Source of the DNA: a virus
Virus record (IMG/VR): IMGVR_UViG_3300036715_003254
Location: 1-64,000 of that record
Length of the DNA stretch: 64,000 nt
Direction: 5' to 3' (one strand)
Under the pieces are notes generated by a model that searched no databases, had not been told where the DNA came from, and saw only the letters and a list, made by a program, of their open reading frames with translations. Within the stretch, counting starts at the first letter, position 1; each line of letters starts with the position of its first letter. Below are positions 57,007 through 64,000 of the stretch, piece after piece. A program made the position numbers and the translations under genes.

Positions 57007-58034
57007 TAATGTCTCACATTAGTGTCTGTTGATGCTGGAGTAGCGGTATTTGTAGGTGGTGTGCTGTTCGCTGTCTTAGTAGAAGTGGCTTGCTGCACAA
57101 TATTAGAACCAACAAAAGCAGATTCAAATCCTTTTGCAGAAGAAATACCTCCAGAGTTTTTACCGAAATATATTGGTGTAATTTCTGCAAGACTAATATC
57201 AAGTTTCATAGCTTTTGATCTCCAATTTTCAAAAAAAGTAGCCTTTCCTTCCAAAGGAGTATAATTCAAATGTATACTTGTTATTGCACATAGTCCAGGT
57301 TGGGCAATATTATTTAATACGCTGCCATCACTACCGAATGTAATTTTGAAAACTTTAGGCGATTCAAGAAATATTCCTGATGCTATTGGAAGAGCCGCAT
57401 CTTTCAGCATTGTTATTTGTTTTGAAAGCATATCAGATTCTTTTTGGTTTTTAGGATAGAAATAAGCCTGAATCCCCCAATCTCTTGGTTTGACACCGGC
57501 GAACTTCATTCTTGTAAATGGATTCACAATATTATCATTTGTTGCTGCAAGTAATGAGTTAGTTGCTTCTTGACCTGTTTGAGCAATTTGACCACCTAAA
57601 CCAGAAGCGATTTTAAATAGGTCTGTTTCTTGCCAATTGATATCTATTTTCTCAACTAGTTCTGTAGCTACTAGAAAAGTAAAATGCATTTCTCCTTTAA
57701 AATCAGCATCAGTAACATTTCTTGCATCTTTAAAAAAGAATGCGTGATCTATTTTTCCTGCACTTAAAGTGACCCTCAAAAGACCGTCTTGATTTTGTTT
57801 ACCAGATAGAGGAGACGGTGGTCTTTGAATAGCAGTTAAATCAGAAACTTGTAACCCGAGTTTTGAATTGGCAATGCTTGATTGTCTTGTTTTTGGCTGC
57901 GATTCCGGTTGTTGAGCAAATGAAGGAAGATCTCCTCTTGATATATTTGTTGGAGAAGTATCAACAGTATTATCTTTTGATATGAACGCCGACGGAGCAT
58001 CGAGCGCCATCTGAAAATACGGTGTAATATCCAT
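57006..58034 (-). CDS. gp48: baseplate tail-tube cap (gp48-like)
   Basis: VNP...F-x-GV-x-PR, FYPKNQKES, CAITSI-x-LNYTP. Confidence 0.75.
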   Translation of the reverse strand: MDITPYFQMALDAPSAFISKDNTVDTSPTNISRGDLPSFAQQPESQPKTRQSSIANSKLGLQVSDLTAIQRPPSPLSGKQNQDGLLRVTLSAGKIDHAFFFKDARNVTDADFKGEMHFTFLVATELVEKIDINWQETDLFKIASGLGGQIAQTGQEATNSLLAATNDNIVNPFTRMKFAGVKPRDWGIQAYFYPKNQKESDMLSKQITMLKDAALPIASGIFLESPKVFKITFGSDGSVLNNIAQPGLCAITSIHLNYTPLEGKATFFENWRSKAMKLDISLAEITPIYFGKNSGGISSAKGFESAFVGSNIVQQATSTKTANSTPPTNTATPASTDTNVRH

Positions 58035-58040
58035 TCAAAT

Positions 58041-61000
58041 TTATCCTTTTATGAAAAATTGTGTCAATAATCCCATTCTGTCAGCTTCAAAATCGTGAAG
58101 ACTTATATTGGTAGTTGTTACCTTTGATAGATCTTTGCTTGCTGGATTAGTCATAGCAAGATTACTTTGTTGTTGCGCTTCTTGATTTGGTTTATTTATT
58201 GCCATTTTTCCGGCTTCTCCAATTTTATTAACAGCGCTGCTAGTTGAACCTACAGGAGTAACTGTTGCTGGTGTCGCAGGAGCTTTAGGTGTGCTTGGAG
58301 AACTAGATGAAGGAGTCACCGAAGCACTTTTCTTAGCGCCTTCTGACGGATTTTTAACATTTGGTCTGTTTACACTTTCAACTTGTCTAGGATTTGGATC
58401 AGAAGAACTTCCTCCGCCACTGCTTACTTTAATTGGTGGTACAGGTTTCAAAGGAGGAGCAGCTTTAGCATTAACTCCCGCAGGTTGAATGTGCCACGCT
58501 TCAGGTAATCTAGGACTGTGAAGTAATGGTCTATCTATTCCCCATTTAGCTAGAAGACCGAGCCTATCAGCTTCATTAGCATCATTGGAGTTTATGTCCA
58601 TAGCAAGACCCTTTTCGTGAGCGGATCTTCCTGGAGGCGCCACTTTACCATTACCTTTCGGCGGATACTGTTTAACATTCTCGGCGTATAATTGTGCTTG
58701 TTTTACTGAATCCCTATATCCAGAGTTTACTTGAATATCTCTTCCTGTTGCTTTTTTAAAATCAGCTGCCATTCCTTGAAAGTTTTTAAAGAAAGCTGGA
58801 TTTACATTATCCAAATCTACGCCAGATTGTTTTTTGAAACCTAAACCACTTTTTATTTTGTCGATTGCTCCACTAATACCTGAGCCAATTGAACTAGCAA
58901 CAGAAGATACTGTATTTCCTACTTTGCTTGCGGCAGAAGAAACAAAATTTCCTACTTTGCCTGCTGTAGAAGAAATGAAGTTTCCTGCGGCACTTGCTGT
59001 AGAAGAAACAAAGTTTCCTACTTTACTTGCTGTGTTTGATACAACATTTGCTCCAGAAGAAAATAACTCGCCAACAGTATTAGAATTTGTTAATTTTGAA
59101 ACCCATCCTGGAAGAGGGATAGAAGTTATAGAATCAAATAATTTTCCTGGAAGTGAAGTGACAAAGTCTGCAACTGTCTTAATAAATTTTCCTGGAGCTT
59201 CTAAAAGAAGTTTTGTTAAACTTTGTATAGTAGTGCCAACAGTTTTAATAAAGTTCCAAACTTTTTTAATACCTGCGCCTATCGCAGATATACCTTTTTG
59301 AATCCAAGTAAATGGTGATGTTATTACATCTATTAATACTTTTGGAACTTCTTGCACTTTGTTCCAAATCCAAACAAAGGCATCGCCTATCGCAGTAAAA
59401 GTTTTCGTAAGCGTTGAATTTGGGTCAGACATCTTGTCTGAAAGCCAATCTCCAACACTATCACCTAGTTTTTTACCTAGATAACCTCCAACCATTGTTC
59501 CTATCGGACCAAAAAGAGAACCTAAAGCCGCGCCACCAGCTGCTCCAATAGCGGAAGCTCCTATTTTAGCTGTTTTTTGTCCTCTATTAAGATTCTTATC
59601 ATCTTTTACTTCTAAAAATCTGTCGATACCGCCCATAATACCAGCTAATGGACCTGCAACTTTCGGAGAACCTAGCTTTTTAATAAATTTCCAAGTTGAA
59701 GAAAGACCGGCCTTACCTTTATCTGCGATATTTTTTACTAGTGAACCAGTTTTATTAGCTACTTTTGAAAGACCTGCTTTTCCTTTTGAAACAGCATTTT
59801 TTGCGAATGAGCCGATTTTCTTAGCTACTTTAGTAAGTCCTCTTCTTGCAGCAGATAAAGATTTTCTTAAGAATGAACCGAATTTCTTGACTACTTTGAA
59901 AAGACCCTTAGCCATCCAGAGAAGACCTTTTAAAAGACCTTTAAGAAGTCCTAGAATACCTTTTTTCCATTTATCCATTCCGTGAGTTTTAAAGTTTTTA
60001 CTCTTATCTGTTTCAGCCTTAAATAAATTTGAAAATAGACCGCCTTTGGGTTTTGGAGCTTCTTTTACTGATTTTTTAGGAACTTTCTTATTAAATAAAC
60101 CACCAAATAAACCTTTTTTCTCTTTTTTATCCTCTTTTTGACCTTCTTTTTCGTCTTCTTTTCCGCCACGTCTTTTAGAACCGAAAAGACCTCCAACTGC
60201 GCCAATTAAACCTCCAACTGCACCCAATATTCCTTTAGAATAACCTGCTACTTCGTGAGTTTTAAAATTACCAGATTTATCTACCTCAGCCTTTGAACCA
60301 GACATAAAGGTCGGCTGTGTTGGCTGTGTTGATTTTTCTGATTCGACTTTAGGATTTGAATTTTGTCCTTTAGATTCAGAATCAGTGTTTTGTGTTTTTT
60401 CGCCTTTTTTTGGTTTGAAAAAACCTCTAACTGCATTAACTATTCCAGTAGAATGGCCAGCAACTTTATGAACTTTGGTGTTGTTCGATTTATCTACTTC
60501 AGCCCTTGGCAAAGTCATAAAATGTTGTGTTGGTCTAGCTACTTCGAAAGACTGTTTGGTTATTTCAGCCATTGATTTAGTTATTTCAACAGCCGGTTTA
60601 GTAATAAAATGTTGTACTGGTAAAACAGTAGAAGACTGTACTGGTCTAACAGTAGAAGACTGTACTGGTAAAACAGTAGAAGATGGTCTAATAGTAGAAG
60701 ACTGTACTGGTAAAACAGTAGAAGACGGTCTAGCCATAGAAGACTGTACTGGTAAAACAGTAGAAGACTGTACTGGTCTAACAGTAGAAGACGGTCTAGC
60801 CATAGAAGACTGTACTGGTAAAACAGTTTCAGTTGTCGGTCTAGTAGTAGAAGACTGTACTGGTCTAACAGTAGAAGACTGTACTGGTAAAACAGTTTCA
60901 GTTGTCGGTCTAGTAGTAGAAGACTGTACTGGTCTAACAGTAGAAGACGGTCTAGCCATAGAAGACTGTACTGGTCTAACAGTAGAAGACTGTACTGGTA

Positions 61001-62957
61001 AAACAGTAGAAGACTGTACTGGTCTAGCTATAGAAGACTGTACTGGTAAAACAGTAGAAGACTGTACTGGTCTAGCTATAGAAGACTGTACTGGTAAAAC
61101 AGTAGAAGATGGTCTAACAGTAGAAGACTGTACTGGTAAAACAGTAGAAGACTGTACTGGTAAAACAGTTTCAGTTGACGGCCTGTTTGTTTCTACTATT
61201 GACCTAGTAATAAAAGATGGTGTTGGTCTAACTATTCCAGATCTTATTCTAACTATTTCAGCTCTAACACTTTGTCTGTTTTCTCTAGCTCTTTGTCTAC
61301 TTTCTCTAGCTCTTTGTCTATTAGTTTCTGTTCTTTGTCTACGTGTTCTAGTTCTAGGTCTGCTTGTTTCAGTTTCTGGTCTGTCTGTTTCTGGACTATT
61401 AGTTTCCGTTCTTTGTCTACGTGTTCTAGTTCTAGGTCTGCTTGTTTCAGTTTCTGGTCTGTCTGTTTCAACTCTTGGTCTAGCTGTAGAAGATGTTGTT
61501 GACCTGCCTATTTCAGTATTAGAATTTGAAGCTTGTTCTCTAGACTCTGAAGTATTATTTAATGTATTTTCTACTCTTTGCGATCTGAAAAAACCACCAA
61601 GAAGACCTATCACTCCGGCTGAAGTGGCTTCAACTATTCCACGAACTCCTCTTGGACTATTTTCATTGTTGTTATTTTTTATTCCCGTCATAAAAGACGG
61701 TAGTTTCATTTCTTTTTTCGCTAAATCTTTTTCGTTTCCTTCTTTCTTCGTTTCTAGCTCACGAAGCTTTTCTTCTAACTTAGCAAGTTCTTTTTCGGCT
61801 TTTTTCTTTTCTTCTTCTCTTTTTTCTCTTTCGGCAGCCGCAGCTTCAGCGTCTCCTGAAATTTCATTTAGTCTATCTACTACTGTATCTCTACTTTCTT
61901 CAATTTCTTTAAGAACAGGATCTTTTCTTTTTTCTACAATTTGTTTTTTTATAGAATCGATTTCTTCATCTAGTTTAACTTGATCTTCAATCTTATTTCT
62001 AAGCCTTTCTTCATCTTCTCTATTCATAGAGAGTTTTCTGAAGAGACTGTAGTTAGCTTTTTCCTTGCTAACGAGAGCTTCTACAAGATTTTCTTTATAT
62101 TGGTTTTGAAAAACCTCTTGTTCTTTTAGTATTTGAGCTTTCTGTTCTTCAAGTTCCCTTTTTTCTTCTTCTGAAGCGCCTGCAAGTAGAATATCGATTC
62201 TCGCAAGTTGTTGATCTAATGATTTTTGATATTCGTCTTTTTGTGTTTTAAGGTCTTTTCTTAAGCCTTCTATATCAACCTGTTGTTTCTTTCCGAAGAT
62301 TTCATAATTTTTCTTCATCTCATAGGCAACACCAAGAATGCCTTTACTTTGAAAATCTGAGAATGAAGTTTTTACTATATTTCCAAAGGTTTTTCTATTT
62401 TGTTGAAGTTTTATTGAAAAGTCTGACTTTAAGTCAACAATTTCTGAAGCGAATTTTTTATATTGGTTACTAAAGCCTGATTCTTGTATTTGTTGAAGAG
62501 CAATTCTTTCTTTTCTAGCAATCATTTGCTCTTCACTCACCATAGTAATGATTTTGGCAAATTGACCGTTAGAATTTTTAGATAATTTTGAAAGTTTATC
62601 GGCTAGGCTTGTTCTGAAAGCTTGGGAAAGAGAAACACGACTTTTTTCAACAGCTTTGTTTAAGGCACTCAAACCCGATTCCATATTATCGAGTTTAGCG
62701 CCTAGAAAATCTAATTTCTTTTTTAAGCCTTTTACTTCTTTGATAGCTTTAAGAACTTCTTCTACATTATTCGGATCAAATAATCCATTCTTTACTTTTG
62801 AACTTATCTCATCAACTGATTTTCTAATAACATCGACTGCATTCCTAGTTTTGTCATCAAATGAATTATCTTTTACCTCATCAATTGATTCTGAAATGCC
62901 TTCTAGTTCTTTTTTTAACCTTTCTAGTTCTTTATTAAAATCAGTTGTTTCAGCCAT
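58041..62957 (-). CDS. tape-measure / baseplate hub protein (gp29-like) with C-terminal M15 (D-Ala-D-Ala-type) zinc peptidase
   Basis: N-terminal coiled coil, amphipathic tape-measure repeats, then SGYR..Q, APPGRSAHEKGLAMD, EAWH. Confidence 0.82.
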   Translation of the reverse strand: MAETTDFNKELERLKKELEGISESIDEVKDNSFDDKTRNAVDVIRKSVDEISSKVKNGLFDPNNVEEVLKAIKEVKGLKKKLDFLGAKLDNMESGLSALNKAVEKSRVSLSQAFRTSLADKLSKLSKNSNGQFAKIITMVSEEQMIARKERIALQQIQESGFSNQYKKFASEIVDLKSDFSIKLQQNRKTFGNIVKTSFSDFQSKGILGVAYEMKKNYEIFGKKQQVDIEGLRKDLKTQKDEYQKSLDQQLARIDILLAGASEEEKRELEEQKAQILKEQEVFQNQYKENLVEALVSKEKANYSLFRKLSMNREDEERLRNKIEDQVKLDEEIDSIKKQIVEKRKDPVLKEIEESRDTVVDRLNEISGDAEAAAAEREKREEEKKKAEKELAKLEEKLRELETKKEGNEKDLAKKEMKLPSFMTGIKNNNNENSPRGVRGIVEATSAGVIGLLGGFFRSQRVENTLNNTSESREQASNSNTEIGRSTTSSTARPRVETDRPETETSRPRTRTRRQRTETNSPETDRPETETSRPRTRTRRQRTETNRQRARESRQRARENRQSVRAEIVRIRSGIVRPTPSFITRSIVETNRPSTETVLPVQSSTVLPVQSSTVRPSSTVLPVQSSIARPVQSSTVLPVQSSIARPVQSSTVLPVQSSTVRPVQSSMARPSSTVRPVQSSTTRPTTETVLPVQSSTVRPVQSSTTRPTTETVLPVQSSMARPSSTVRPVQSSTVLPVQSSMARPSSTVLPVQSSTIRPSSTVLPVQSSTVRPVQSSTVLPVQHFITKPAVEITKSMAEITKQSFEVARPTQHFMTLPRAEVDKSNNTKVHKVAGHSTGIVNAVRGFFKPKKGEKTQNTDSESKGQNSNPKVESEKSTQPTQPTFMSGSKAEVDKSGNFKTHEVAGYSKGILGAVGGLIGAVGGLFGSKRRGGKEDEKEGQKEDKKEKKGLFGGLFNKKVPKKSVKEAPKPKGGLFSNLFKAETDKSKNFKTHGMDKWKKGILGLLKGLLKGLLWMAKGLFKVVKKFGSFLRKSLSAARRGLTKVAKKIGSFAKNAVSKGKAGLSKVANKTGSLVKNIADKGKAGLSSTWKFIKKLGSPKVAGPLAGIMGGIDRFLEVKDDKNLNRGQKTAKIGASAIGAAGGAALGSLFGPIGTMVGGYLGKKLGDSVGDWLSDKMSDPNSTLTKTFTAIGDAFVWIWNKVQEVPKVLIDVITSPFTWIQKGISAIGAGIKKVWNFIKTVGTTIQSLTKLLLEAPGKFIKTVADFVTSLPGKLFDSITSIPLPGWVSKLTNSNTVGELFSSGANVVSNTASKVGNFVSSTASAAGNFISSTAGKVGNFVSSAASKVGNTVSSVASSIGSGISGAIDKIKSGLGFKKQSGVDLDNVNPAFFKNFQGMAADFKKATGRDIQVNSGYRDSVKQAQLYAENVKQYPPKGNGKVAPPGRSAHEKGLAMDINSNDANEADRLGLLAKWGIDRPLLHSPRLPEAWHIQPAGVNAKAAPPLKPVPPIKVSSGGGSSSDPNPRQVESVNRPNVKNPSEGAKKSASVTPSSSSPSTPKAPATPATVTPVGSTSSAVNKIGEAGKMAINKPNQEAQQQSNLAMTNPASKDLSKVTTTNISLHDFEADRMGLLTQFFIKG
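60610..61175 (-). repeat. coding minisatellite (24-nt and 18-nt units) encoding PVQSSTVL/PVQSSTVR/PSSTV
   Basis: GAAGACTGTACTGGT(AA/CT)AACAGTA repeated about 20 times with variants. Confidence 0.95.
61275..61470 (-). repeat. Arg-rich coding repeats (ETDRPETETSRPRTRTRRQRTETN x2; RQRARE x2)
   Basis: Direct duplications visible in both DNA and protein. Confidence 0.9.
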
Positions 62958-62965
62958 TTTAAACC

Positions 62966-63151
62966 TTACAATGATTCATCAAAAATCATTGATTCTCTTA
63001 ATTTTTTTATTTCCTCGGAAACTAAATTTCCATAGACCTCTCTCTCAAAAGGATACATATTGTCAATTTCTTCCACAGAAAATTTTCCGTGTATTTTCAT
63101 TGAAGTAACAAATTTGTAGTAGTCCTCTAAAGTGAGGTCTATTGCTACCAC
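62966..63151 (-). CDS. baseplate hub assembly protein (gp51-like)
   Basis: YY....M..H.KFS..EIDNMYPFEREVY motif. Confidence 0.8.
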   Translation of the reverse strand: MVAIDLTLEDYYKFVTSMKIHGKFSVEEIDNMYPFEREVYGNLVSEEIKKLRESMIFDESL

Positions 63152-63867
63152 GGCAAAAAATCTGGTGAATCTCCTAGAGAGATTTCAGTCTCTTCTTTAC
63201 AGTATTTACATTTCACTTTAACAGTATTAGTTGTAGTTGAAGCCTTCATTTCTTTATATTGAGAAATGAGATCGTCAAAATCTGAAACAGGAAGACTTTC
63301 AATGAATTCATTTACTTCTTCTATTCCGAATGCTTCGAAAACTTCATCGCCTATTCTTACTTTTTTAATAGCTAGAGCAAATTCTTTAATGACTTTTTCT
63401 ACGATATTTTCTTCTTCTCTTACTATTTTTCTTGCTTCAGGATTATTGTTGTCAAAAAATTCTATTTCAACTTCTTCACCCTCAATAACTTTTTTTATTG
63501 TTCCAAAACTCGAAGGTTTAAATGTTATAACTTTTGAAATTGAAAGTTCTTGGCTATTTCTTTTATTACAATGAGGACAAACATATTTCACATTAAATTT
63601 GTCACCTATTGAAGCTTTTCTTAGTTGTACAAGAATATATTCCTTTTCTGCGTCAGAAAGCTTTTCCACTTCTTCAGGAGTTTCACAGTTAGAATAGATA
63701 AGACTTTCATATAAAGCTTCCATATATTCTGATTCTTTAGCACCTTCTTGTATCTGCATTTTCGCAAGAAGGTAGTTCTTTTCATTTTTAGTTGTCCACC
63801 TTTTAAAGAAGAAAGCTCTATTGCCTATTTCTATCGGGAAAAACGATTCAGAATTTTTTAGTTTCAT
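63145..63867 (-). CDS. gp26: baseplate hub subunit (gp26-like)
   Basis: EKNYLLA, EYILVQLRKASIG, two CxxC pairs. Confidence 0.8.
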   Translation of the reverse strand: MKLKNSESFFPIEIGNRAFFFKRWTTKNEKNYLLAKMQIQEGAKESEYMEALYESLIYSNCETPEEVEKLSDAEKEYILVQLRKASIGDKFNVKYVCPHCNKRNSQELSISKVITFKPSSFGTIKKVIEGEEVEIEFFDNNNPEARKIVREEENIVEKVIKEFALAIKKVRIGDEVFEAFGIEEVNEFIESLPVSDFDDLISQYKEMKASTTTNTVKVKCKYCKEETEISLGDSPDFLPW

Positions 63868-63894
63868 ATTTGTCCTTTAAGTTAAGTTTCAAGA

Positions 63895-63999
63895 TTATTT
63901 ATTTGTCCTATTGATAGTAATACATTTAGGGTCAGTAACAAACTGTACAGTAACAGTTTGGACATCGTTTGAAGATGCTTCAAAGGTCAAAGTAGAAAC
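63895..63999 (-). CDS. C-terminal fragment of a tail-tube-like protein (gp19/gp54 family); gene begins beyond the window
   Basis: VSTLTFEASSNDVQTVTVQF, a tube-protein C-terminal strand pattern. Confidence 0.45.
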   Translation of the reverse strand, partial: VSTLTFEASSNDVQTVTVQFVTDPKCITINRTNK

Positions 64000-64000
64000 A

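Noticed and set aside
60610-61175. Possible CRISPR array, given the Cas2-like VapD elsewhere
   Set aside because: Repeats are contiguous, in-frame and coding, with no unique spacers. No CRISPR array was seen anywhere in the window.
60475-61983. 502-aa plus-strand ORF with VEDCTG repeats
   Set aside because: Antisense shadow of the repetitive tape-measure region; no RBS or independent evidence.

Overview
This window is an AT-rich segment of a large T4-like (Tevenvirinae/Eucampyvirinae-type) myophage genome, mostly encoded on the minus strand. It carries head genes (gp20-23), baseplate and tail genes (gp4, 5, 5.4, 6, 25, 26, 48, 51, 53, tape measure, tail fibre), replication and recombination genes (gp41, 44, 62, 46, 47, ligase, resolvase) and late transcription genes (gp55, gp33). 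The host is inferred to be a Campylobacterota bacterium, from the repeated TTTAAG...TATAAT promoters and the ANNTN-type tmRNA tag. Most notable observations: (1) a phage-encoded trans-translation kit, made of a compact 288-nt tmRNA (tag ANNTNFKPAAELAA) and SmpB, with ClpP elsewhere in the window; (2) two parallel modules of an Sm/LSm-like (DUF6948-type) protein plus short peptides with Ser or Gly at alternate positions, each downstream of a cluster of structured non-coding RNA candidates; (3) a TnpB 3' end with its omegaRNA, plus a second orphan omegaRNA copy showing compensatory base changes and a different guide; (4) NrdA fractured by a natural split intein at the catalytic Cys and NrdB with a mini-intein in an iron-binding motif; (5) a 359-codon lysine-free repeat insert in the tape-measure protein. 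All calls come from reading the sequence and remembered family motifs; no database searches or folding programs were run.
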